In this document: positions 46,967-55,258 of the stretch, piece by piece
Layout: each line of letters opens with the position of its first letter
How positions within the stretch are numbered: the stretch's first letter is position 1
NCBI GenBank assembly: GCA_964503145.1
Contig: CAZCYV010000010.1
Span: 8,613-72,612 of the forward strand
Length of the DNA stretch: 64,000 bases
Reading direction: 5' to 3'
DNA from: an uncultured Anaerolinea sp.
GTDB lineage: Bacteria > Chloroflexota > Anaerolineae > Anaerolineales > UBA4823
Program-made: the position numbers and the translations under genes
Notes under the pieces: generated by a model
Databases searched by the model: none
Seen by the model: only the letters and a program-made list of their open reading frames with translations
Told to the model about the DNA's origin: nothing

Positions 46967-47941
46967 ATGACGTGTCCCGAGAACTCTTTTATTGCCTGGT
47001 TTGGCGAAATCGATCGTGGCGATGTGTCGGTAGCGGGCGGCAAAGGCGCCAGCCTGAGCGATATGGCCCGCGCGGGGATGCCGGTGCCGCCGGGTTTTGT
47101 GGTTTGTACCGGCGCATTCCGCCAGTTTTTGGACGAGAGCGGGCTGAATGCGGAGATCGAGCGCGCTCTGCAGGCGTTGGACATCGAAAACAATGCTCAA
47201 CTGGAGCGCATTGCCGAGAAAATCACCCAGAAGATCGAAAATACCGAACTCTCACCGCAACTCCACGATATGATCGTCAGGGCTTATCAGCGGCTTTGCG
47301 ACGATTACGGCGGGGTTGCCGTCGTCGCGGTGCGCTCCAGCGCTGCAGCCGAAGACTCGCAGGCGGCCAGCTTTGCCGGCCAACAGGAGACTTATCTGAA
47401 TGTGTTCGGCGACGAGACCGTGCTGCGCCAGGTGCGCGCCTGCTGGAGTTCATTTTTTAAGCCGCGCGCCATCTTCTACCGCGGTCAGAAAGGCAGCCTG
47501 AAAGACACCAGCATTGCGGTGGTGGTGCAGCGCATGGTCAACCCGGATAAATCGGGGGTGATGTTCACCGTTGACCCGGTGCAGCGGCGGCGCGACCACG
47601 TCATGATCGAGGCTGCCTGGGGCCTGGGCGAGGCGGTGGTTTCCGGCCTGGTGACGCCGGATAACTACGTGGTGAGCAAGACGGATGGGCGACTGGTGAG
47701 CAAGTTCGTCTCGCGCAAGACGGTGATGATCACGCGCCAGGAAAACGGCGTAGGCATCTGCCATGTTGAGTTGCCCCCCGAAAAAGCCCAGGCTCAGGTG
47801 CTCAGCGTTGAAGAGATCAACCGCCTGGCGGAACTGGGCAACCTGATCGAGGGCCATTTTGGTTGTCCCCAAGATGTGGAATGGGCCATCGAGGGCGATA
47901 TGATTTATGTGCTGCAGAGCCGCCCGGTGACGACCCTGTGA
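46967..47941 (+). CDS. Stand-alone PEP-synthase/PPDK N-terminal ATP-binding domain (PpsB/CreI-like subunit)
   Basis: GGKGASL, VAVRSSAAAED..ASFAGQQET, VVVQRMV, SGVMFT, WGLGEAVVSG, PQDVEWA, LQSRPVT, then stop; no His-swivel or pyruvate domain. Confidence 0.9.
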   Translation: MTCPENSFIAWFGEIDRGDVSVAGGKGASLSDMARAGMPVPPGFVVCTGAFRQFLDESGLNAEIERALQALDIENNAQLERIAEKITQKIENTELSPQLHDMIVRAYQRLCDDYGGVAVVAVRSSAAAEDSQAASFAGQQETYLNVFGDETVLRQVRACWSSFFKPRAIFYRGQKGSLKDTSIAVVVQRMVNPDKSGVMFTVDPVQRRRDHVMIEAAWGLGEAVVSGLVTPDNYVVSKTDGRLVSKFVSRKTVMITRQENGVGICHVELPPEKAQAQVLSVEEINRLAELGNLIEGHFGCPQDVEWAIEGDMIYVLQSRPVTTL

Positions 47942-47986
47942 GGCGGGCGTCGGTTGCGGCTGAAAATGATCGATGAGGAGTAAATC

Positions 47987-48901
47987 GTGGAATATCAGGA
48001 ACAGATCACTTCAGGGCCAGCCCTGATCCGTATCGACGTCCAGACCTCTGAGCCAATGGAATGGGTGCTGGACGACACCACCTTTTTGGATTATCGCCTG
48101 GGTAAAGTCGAACGCAGCCACACCATCACCGCCAGCAAGGTCGACCTGGTGTGGGACCGCGATGCAACGCACAAGACCATCTGCTTTCAAGACGATCAAC
48201 TGCGGCTCACCGGCGATTGGGCGCAGGGCGAACTGCAAAGGATCCTGGTCACCCTGTTGGCCCGGCGCATGGAAGAGAAAGATGTTTACCTGTTTCACTC
48301 TTCCGCGGTGCGCTATCGCGATACCTCGATCCTGTTCATGGGCGGCGAGAGCAACAACGGCAAGACCATGGCGCAGATCGAAGCGCGACGCCGCGGCGGG
48401 GCGTTCATCGCCACCGAGACCACCGTCATCGACCGCAAGACAGAGTTGGTGATCGCTGGCAGCCGGGATGTGTTCCTGGTCAAGCGCGCCAAGGGCACCG
48501 AACGCGCCGATAAGCCATCGCAGAACGTCGGGGTGCAGAAACTCTTCGGAGGGGAGTTGCCCGATTTGAACGTTTTCTACACCGAGCCGACCAGGATCGA
48601 TCGGGTCATCTTGCCGGATATCGATGGCCATTTCGATGTCAGCGTCACCGAGTTGGGCGAATACGAGAAAGCCTACCAGAGTTTCCACTGTCTGATCAAT
48701 TACATGGGCCTGAACATCTTGCTGGCGCCCGGCCTGCCGATGCCGTTGCTGGACACCGAAGAGTTGCGCCTCAAACGCGCCGAGTTCATTCAGGAGTTCA
48801 TTTCCGGCAAAGACGGCCAGCCAAAACCCTATCACCTGATCCGGGCGCGCACGCCGCAGATTTTGCTCGACGAAGTGGAAAAATTGCTCGCCGCGGGTTA
48901 G
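47987..48901 (+). CDS. Uncharacterised P-loop protein, HPr-kinase-like
   Basis: LFHSSAV followed by ILFMGGESNNGKT, resembling the H(A/S)xxV...GxSGxGKS arrangement of HprK-like kinases; strong SD GAGGAG. Confidence 0.6.
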   Translation: MEYQEQITSGPALIRIDVQTSEPMEWVLDDTTFLDYRLGKVERSHTITASKVDLVWDRDATHKTICFQDDQLRLTGDWAQGELQRILVTLLARRMEEKDVYLFHSSAVRYRDTSILFMGGESNNGKTMAQIEARRRGGAFIATETTVIDRKTELVIAGSRDVFLVKRAKGTERADKPSQNVGVQKLFGGELPDLNVFYTEPTRIDRVILPDIDGHFDVSVTELGEYEKAYQSFHCLINYMGLNILLAPGLPMPLLDTEELRLKRAEFIQEFISGKDGQPKPYHLIRARTPQILLDEVEKLLAAG

Positions 48902-48943
48902 CGCTGGGCGCCAAAAAGGTCAGGCTCAGGAGATTACATTGCG

Positions 48944-49501
48944 ATGATCATCGAAGGTAAGTTTGCCATCCAGGCCCCGATCCAACAGGTGTGGAGCTTC
49001 CTGGTCGATCTCGAACGGGTGAGCGCCTGCATGCCCGGCGTAGAGAAGGTGTCTCAGACGGATGACAAAACCTATAACGGTACAGTGACGGTCAAGGTAG
49101 GGCCGATCGGCACTTCCTTTCAGGGCAACGTTGTCAAAACAGAAGAACAGGCGCCAAATCTGCTAAAGGCCAGGCTGCAGGGCCGCGATGCCAAGACCGC
49201 CAGCATGGTCACAGGTGAATTTGTGTCCGAACTGAGCGAAACCGCAGATGGGCAGACCGAAGTCAATTACAAGTTCGATATTGCGATCCGCGGCCACCTG
49301 GGCCAGTTTGGGCAGGCGGTGATCCTGGATACCGCGCGTCAGCTCACAGACGAGTTCGTGGCGTGTGTGCGGGCGCGTATCGAGCGCCCTGAGGCGCTGC
49401 CGGAGGTGACTGCCCCCAAATCCAATCCTTTTTGGGTGGTCGTGCGCGCCTTCTTTGCCAACTTATGGGCAAGCATCAAGCGCCTGTTTCGCAAAACTTG
49501 A
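48944..49501 (+). CDS. CoxG/SRPBCC family protein
   Basis: APIQQVWSFLVD....CMPG, VKVGPI, RGHLGQFG, C-terminal hydrophobic tail. Confidence 0.85.
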   Translation: MIIEGKFAIQAPIQQVWSFLVDLERVSACMPGVEKVSQTDDKTYNGTVTVKVGPIGTSFQGNVVKTEEQAPNLLKARLQGRDAKTASMVTGEFVSELSETADGQTEVNYKFDIAIRGHLGQFGQAVILDTARQLTDEFVACVRARIERPEALPEVTAPKSNPFWVVVRAFFANLWASIKRLFRKT

Positions 49502-49554
49502 TCGGCGTACCGGCTTGACCCGCCGAATAATCTGGAGTTCGAACGACTGCAAAG

Positions 49555-50442
49555 ATGTTGGATATCACCTGGCTGCGTCCGAAGACGATCCCCGAAGCCC
49601 TGCAGATGCTCGCCGAGTACGGCGATGAAGGCAAGCTGGTAGCAGGCGGCACCTGGGTTTCGCTGGTGCTCAAGCAGCGGCTGTTGATGCCGTCTGCGCT
49701 GATCTATTTGGGCGACATCCCAGGATTGGATCGCATCGAACAATTGCCTGATGGGAGTCTGCGCATCGGCGCGCTGGTCACTCACCGCACAGTGGAACTT
49801 TCGCCCCTCGTTCGAGAGCATTCTGCGCTGTTGAGCGAGACCTTCGCCACAGTGGCCAACGTGCGAGTGCGTTGCCAGGCGACGGTAGGCGGAGTGCTTT
49901 GCGACGCCGACTATGCCTCGGACCCGCCCGCCGCGCTGGCCGCGCTGCAAGCGACAGTGATCGCCGTCAGCCCGCGCGGCCAGCGCGCCATACCGGTCAG
50001 CGACTTCATCGTCGGCCACTACGCCACCAGCCTGCAGCCGGACGAGATCGTCACGCATATCGTGGTGCCCAAACCCGAGTTGAAAATCCACAGCGCCTAT
50101 CTAAAGTACCGCACGCGGTCGCATGAAGACCGCCCGTGCATTGGGGTGGCGGTGGCGGCGCAACTCCTGCCGGACGGGCGCTGCCGGGACCTGCAGGTCG
50201 TAGTCGGCGCTGTCGCCGATACCCCAAAGCGAATCGACCCGGCATTGCAGATGGCGCACAATCAGCAACTCACCCACGATTTGATCCAGGCGATCGCTGA
50301 TCGCTACGCAGCAGAGATCGATCCACTGCAGGACCTACGCGCTTCCAGCGAATATCGCAAAGCCATGGTGCGCGTGTTTGTAAAGCGGGCTATCCAGGCG
50401 GCGCTGGACAGGAACCCGAACGGGGGTGCGGCATGGAACTGA
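49555..50442 (+). CDS. Xanthine dehydrogenase-family FAD-binding subunit (CoxM-like)
   Basis: VAGGT, LRIGALVTH, VRCQATVGG, DLRASSEYRK. Confidence 0.92.
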   Translation: MLDITWLRPKTIPEALQMLAEYGDEGKLVAGGTWVSLVLKQRLLMPSALIYLGDIPGLDRIEQLPDGSLRIGALVTHRTVELSPLVREHSALLSETFATVANVRVRCQATVGGVLCDADYASDPPAALAALQATVIAVSPRGQRAIPVSDFIVGHYATSLQPDEIVTHIVVPKPELKIHSAYLKYRTRSHEDRPCIGVAVAAQLLPDGRCRDLQVVVGAVADTPKRIDPALQMAHNQQLTHDLIQAIADRYAAEIDPLQDLRASSEYRKAMVRVFVKRAIQAALDRNPNGGAAWN

Positions 50443-52757
50443 ACCGTGCGCCAGAAAAGCGAACCGCCCCGCCGATGATCGACGCCCTCGAGCGAGTAAC
50501 CGGCAAGCTCGAGTACGTCATCGATATCGAGTTGCCTGGTATGTTGCATGGCAAAGTGCTGCGCAGCCCCTTCCCACACGCCCGCATCACGCGCCTGGAT
50601 GCCAGCCCGGCGCTGGAGTTGCCCGGCGTGATCGCCGTGCTGACTCGCGAGGATCTCGTCGGCAGCGCTCAAGGCGCGCCGCTGGTGAACGATCCCTACC
50701 ACGGGCCGCAGGTGGCCGACCAGCCCATCGTGGCGCTCGATAAAGTTTGCCACGTGGGCGATGCAGTGGCGGCTGTCGCAGCGGAGGATCCGGAGACCGC
50801 CGAAGAAGCCCTGCTGTATATCGACGTCGAATACGAAGAGCTTCCGGCGGTGTTCGATCCGGTGGAGGCCATGCAACCCGGGGCGCCCCTGGTGCACGAA
50901 CTGGGCGATGACTTTTTGGGAACGGCGGCGTACTTCGGGATCAACCCGCTGTTGGGTACCAATTGTCCACATCGCTACTCCCTGCGGGTAGGCGATGTAG
51001 AAAAAGGCTTTGCTGAAGCCGATCACGTGATAGAAGGCACCTTCCGGGTGCCCTCGGCGGCGCATGTGCCGATGGAGCCGCAGTGCTCCATCGCATACTT
51101 CAACGAAGACGGGTTGACCGTTTACACCAACACTCAGACACCCTTCAATGTGCGAGATGCCCTGGCGCATATGTTCGGGCTTCCCCAGGAGCGGGTGCGC
51201 GTGCTGATCCGTACGCTGGGCGGGGCATACGGCGCCAAAACCTTCATGCATGCCGAGCCGGTAGCCGTGGCTCTGGCGCGCAAGACCGGCCGTCCGGTGA
51301 AAGTCATGTACTCGCGGGCAGAAACCTTCACTGCGGTCAACCGCCATCCGATGGTTGCCACCATCAGCCTGGGCGTCAAAAACGATGGCCGCATCACCGC
51401 CAAAAAAGTCATCGCCTACTATGACACCGGCGCCTATGCCGACTCCGGACCGGGCGTGGCCCAGAAGGGCGGCTATGCATCTGTGGGACCCTATCACATC
51501 CCGAACGTTTGGGTCGATTCTCATTGCGTTTATACCAACCTGCCGCGCAACGGCGCCTACCGGGGTTACGCAGTGACGCAGATCGCTTTCGCTTCGGAAG
51601 CGATCATGGATATGGCCGCCCAGCGCATCGGCATGGATCCGCTGGAGTTCCGCCTGAAGAACCTGTTGCACAACGGCGACACCTTCGCCACCGGGCAGCA
51701 CCTGGATGACGTGCAGTTCGAAGCATGCCTGCGGGACGCGGCGGAAGCCATCGATTGGAAATCTGGCGTCCGCAGCGTCACTGCGGATGGCAAGCTACGA
51801 GGGAAGGGCCTGGCCGTGCTGATCAAAGGGATGCTGACGCCGGGCAAGTCCACTGCGGCCGTGGAGCTCAGCGCAGATGGAAGGGCTTTTCTGCACACCG
51901 GCACCGTGGAATTAGGCCAGGGAGCGCGCACGATCATCGCTCAGATCGCCGGCGAAGTGCTCGATCTGCCTTACGATGCCTTCGAGGTGACTTTGCCGGA
52001 CACCGAGTTCACGCCCTTCGACAGCCGCACGACCTCCAGCCGTTCGACATATATGATGGGCAACGCGGTGCGCGAAGCGGCGGAAGACCTGCGCTGTAAG
52101 TTAATCGAGCTGGCAGCGGCGCATTTTGGAGTGTCTCCTGAAGCCATCTGCCTGCAAGATGGCAGGGTGTATCCAGGGGCAGGGAATGCAGCAGCGCCCG
52201 AGGCAAGCTTGACCTACGCAGAGCTGTTGCAAAGCCAGGGGATCGATTGCCTGGTTGGAAATGGGCTGCATCAGAACCCGGGCGGCCTGGACGCAGCTAC
52301 AGGCATGGGCGTGGCCTCATCCCACTGGCACCAGGGGGCTGGCGCCGTCGAGGTCGAGATCGACCCCGAAACCGGCAAGGTGGACATCCTGAAGTGCTAT
52401 TCCTGCGTTTATGCGGGCAGGGTGATCAACCGCGTGCTGGCGGAGCTGCAAACCGAGGGGAACATGATCTTCGGGGTCGGCAGCGCGCTGTTCGAAGAGA
52501 TCGTATTCGATCAGGGGCAGGCGATCAATTCGAACCTGTCGGATTACCTGATCCCCTCGATGATGGACATGCCGCTGGAGATGCGCGGGAAGCTGCTGGA
52601 AATCCCAGGCGCCGTATCTCACGGCGTTGGTGAGACGGCGTTGCCGGCAATCCCGGCGGCGGTGGGCAACGCCGTGGCAAACGCCGTTGGCGTTCGCCTG
52701 TATGAGCTGCCCATCACGCCGGAAAAAGTGCTGCGCGCCCTGGGCAGGCTGAGTTGA
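50433..52757 (+). CDS. Xanthine dehydrogenase-family molybdopterin-binding subunit (Mo-hydroxylase)
   Basis: LRSPFPHARI, HVPMEP, GGAYGAK, AYRGY, ELGQG, GVGE catalytic Glu. Confidence 0.93.
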   Translation: MELNRAPEKRTAPPMIDALERVTGKLEYVIDIELPGMLHGKVLRSPFPHARITRLDASPALELPGVIAVLTREDLVGSAQGAPLVNDPYHGPQVADQPIVALDKVCHVGDAVAAVAAEDPETAEEALLYIDVEYEELPAVFDPVEAMQPGAPLVHELGDDFLGTAAYFGINPLLGTNCPHRYSLRVGDVEKGFAEADHVIEGTFRVPSAAHVPMEPQCSIAYFNEDGLTVYTNTQTPFNVRDALAHMFGLPQERVRVLIRTLGGAYGAKTFMHAEPVAVALARKTGRPVKVMYSRAETFTAVNRHPMVATISLGVKNDGRITAKKVIAYYDTGAYADSGPGVAQKGGYASVGPYHIPNVWVDSHCVYTNLPRNGAYRGYAVTQIAFASEAIMDMAAQRIGMDPLEFRLKNLLHNGDTFATGQHLDDVQFEACLRDAAEAIDWKSGVRSVTADGKLRGKGLAVLIKGMLTPGKSTAAVELSADGRAFLHTGTVELGQGARTIIAQIAGEVLDLPYDAFEVTLPDTEFTPFDSRTTSSRSTYMMGNAVREAAEDLRCKLIELAAAHFGVSPEAICLQDGRVYPGAGNAAAPEASLTYAELLQSQGIDCLVGNGLHQNPGGLDAATGMGVASSHWHQGAGAVEVEIDPETGKVDILKCYSCVYAGRVINRVLAELQTEGNMIFGVGSALFEEIVFDQGQAINSNLSDYLIPSMMDMPLEMRGKLLEIPGAVSHGVGETALPAIPAAVGNAVANAVGVRLYELPITPEKVLRALGRLS

Positions 52758-52808
52758 AACTGTCTGCCGAAGATCGCATCCCTGGCAGATAGAGAGAAGG
52801 AAGGCAAG

Positions 52809-53324
52809 TTGAAGCAAACCATTCACATCCGCTTGAACGGCGAGGCGCTCTCGCTGGAGGTGCAAACCCATGACGTATTGCTGGATGTCTTGCGGCGCGA
52901 TTTGAAACTCCACGGGGCGCGCGAGACCTGCGGCATTGGCATCTGCGGGGCGTGCACCGTGCTGGTGGACGGGAAACCGCTCAGCACCTGCCTGCTCCTG
53001 GCTCCCCAGGTGGATGGCTGTGAAATTCAAACCATCGAAGGGATGTCTCAGAATGGCAACCTTCATCCGATCCAGCAGGCGTTTATCGACCACAATGCTT
53101 TTCAATGCAGCTACTGCACCCCGGCCATGATCCTGACCGCCAGGGCTTTGCTGAACGAAAATCCCGAACCCGACGAGGAGCAGATAAAGGAGTATCTGGC
53201 CGGGAATTTGTGCCGCTGTGGCAGTTATGTGAAAATTATCGAAGCAGTGAAAGACGCAAGTCAGCGCCTAAGAGCGGAACGTACTTCAGCAAATTTACCG
53301 TTCAAAAAGGAGGCTCAGCAATAA
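52809..53324 (+). CDS. Xanthine dehydrogenase-family 2Fe-2S subunit (CoxS-like)
   Basis: CGIGICGACTV...C and QCSYCTP...CRC. Confidence 0.94.
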   Translation: MKQTIHIRLNGEALSLEVQTHDVLLDVLRRDLKLHGARETCGIGICGACTVLVDGKPLSTCLLLAPQVDGCEIQTIEGMSQNGNLHPIQQAFIDHNAFQCSYCTPAMILTARALLNENPEPDEEQIKEYLAGNLCRCGSYVKIIEAVKDASQRLRAERTSANLPFKKEAQQ

Positions 53325-53465
53325 AAGATTCTGACCATTCAGCCTATTCTTAAGCCTGCACCAATCTGGTCAAAACGCGAATTTCGACGGATGCATCTAC
53401 GGAGACCAAGAACGAATTCAGGACCGTTCGATTCAGTGACCAAACCAAGAAAGGAGTTTGCTGCC

Positions 53466-55142
53466 ATGCCTGATATGACCGTTTTAGGGACTTTCTTTGG
53501 CGATGAGACCTTTCCCATCGAGTGGAAAGACGAGCAGGAAAAAAGCCTGCACTGGTTTTACGATGACCTGCATTGCCCCCAGCCGATTTCGCCGATGTAC
53601 TTCGATATCGGCGGCTGGTGGCTGACCTGCCGCTACATGTACCGGCGCTTTGGTCTGCCTTTCGGTTACGACTGGATCGCCAAGAAGATCAACAATTACG
53701 TGTACAGCGCCATCGTCCCTCAGGACGACGAGGAAATCGCACGCCTGGGACCGTACTTTGGCATGGTGCTCCCAGTTTACGCCACAAAGTTTTATGAGTG
53801 GTGGAAAGAGCGCCTGGTGCCCGAGGTGCTGCGCAACTTCGAGTTTCTTGACACCTATCCCTATGACACCGCTTCGCTGCCAGAGCTGATGGTGCTGTTT
53901 GAGGATGCCCTGGACATCCAGGAGCGCCATTTCCGCATTCACTGGCTGATCAACATGGCGCAATTCGCCTCCTTCCTGAACTTCCAGAACATCTTTGCCG
54001 AGGTCGTTGAAGGCGGCGCCGATCCGATCCTGACCGGAAAGATCCTGGTCTCCGTCGATGACCGCAACTGGGATTCGGTGCGCGGCCTGTGCGCGCTGCG
54101 CGATCAGGTTAAGGCCGACGCGACCTTGCGCCAGGCATTCCAGGGCGAGACCGCTTCCGAAATCCTGTCGGCGCTGAACAAGACCGACAAGGGCAGGGAG
54201 TTCTTGGGCAAGGTCAAGGAGTGGGCTAAAGAGTTCGGCTTCAAGGCCATGTACACCCATGAGTACATCTTCCCGCTGTGGGTGGAAAACAACGCCCCAA
54301 TCATCGAAGCGGTCAAGGGGTATCTCGAGTCTGGATACGATGTGGAGGTCGATCTACAAAAGGTAAAAGACTCGCAGAACGCCGCCATTGCCGAGATGTT
54401 CACCAAGGTCAAGGACGCCGACAAGCCCCGCCTGCAGGAAGCCCTGGATATGGCGCTGAAGATGGCTCCGATGACCCCCGATCATCACTTCTACTTCGAT
54501 CAGGGAACCTATGCACGCATGCGCCTGGTGCTCCTGGCGATCGGGCGTAAGCTGGTCGAGAACGGCGTGCTGAACGACGCCGAGGATATCATGTATCTGA
54601 CCTATGACGAGCTGCGCCATATCGCCGCAGTGCCAACCGCCTTCGACGCCAAAGCGCTGACCCAGAAGCGCCGCGATGAGAACCTGGCGGCCAGCAATAT
54701 CCGCCCGCGCGATTGGGTTGGCACGGTGACCAAGTGGTCGCTCTACGACGAGCCCTATAAGAGCCTGTGGGGCTTCCCCGAGAAGTTTACCAAGACGGCC
54801 GAGCGCTCGGCGGAACCGGCGGATGTGATCACCGGCCTGGCAGCTTCGCCAGGCGTAGTAGAAGGCATTGCCCGCTACGTCAAATCACCGGCTGAATTCG
54901 ACCAGGTGCAGAAGGGCGAAATCATGGTTTGCAAGATGACCAACCCGGCCTGGGTGGTGGTCTTCACCAAGATCAAAGGCCTGGTGACCGACGCGGGCGG
55001 CGTGCTGGCGCACCCGGCAGTAGTCTCGCGCGAATTCGGCATCCCGGCGGTGGTCGGTACCTCGGTCGCCACTGAGAAGATCAAGACCGGCATGCGCATT
55101 CGCGTCAATGGTAACACGGGCGTAGTGGAGATCATCGGCTAG
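53466..55142 (+). CDS. PEP-utilising phosphohistidine (swivel) domain protein with large N-terminal substrate domain (PpsA/CreH-like subunit)
   Basis: C-terminal GLAASPGVVEG..., TNPAW, LVTDAGGVLAHPAVVSREFGIPAVVG; about 450-residue mostly helical N-terminal region; SD AAGGAG. Confidence 0.88.
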   Translation: MPDMTVLGTFFGDETFPIEWKDEQEKSLHWFYDDLHCPQPISPMYFDIGGWWLTCRYMYRRFGLPFGYDWIAKKINNYVYSAIVPQDDEEIARLGPYFGMVLPVYATKFYEWWKERLVPEVLRNFEFLDTYPYDTASLPELMVLFEDALDIQERHFRIHWLINMAQFASFLNFQNIFAEVVEGGADPILTGKILVSVDDRNWDSVRGLCALRDQVKADATLRQAFQGETASEILSALNKTDKGREFLGKVKEWAKEFGFKAMYTHEYIFPLWVENNAPIIEAVKGYLESGYDVEVDLQKVKDSQNAAIAEMFTKVKDADKPRLQEALDMALKMAPMTPDHHFYFDQGTYARMRLVLLAIGRKLVENGVLNDAEDIMYLTYDELRHIAAVPTAFDAKALTQKRRDENLAASNIRPRDWVGTVTKWSLYDEPYKSLWGFPEKFTKTAERSAEPADVITGLAASPGVVEGIARYVKSPAEFDQVQKGEIMVCKMTNPAWVVVFTKIKGLVTDAGGVLAHPAVVSREFGIPAVVGTSVATEKIKTGMRIRVNGNTGVVEIIG

Positions 55143-55258
55143 ACACCCCACGAGGCCAATTGAATGTATGAATGGGCTGTCCTGGCGACGACGAAGTCTT
55201 CCAGACCAGCTTGTCGCCAGGACCCCCGAAAAACCAAACGCAAGGAGAAAAAATCGGT

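Noticed and set aside
46967-47941. Truncated ppsA pseudogene
   Set aside because: The ORF ends cleanly at the natural domain boundary (LQSRPVTTL) with a good SD, and a complementary His-domain gene lies in the same operon.
48944-53324. Aerobic carbon monoxide dehydrogenase
   Set aside because: The large subunit lacks the Cu-binding CSFR loop.
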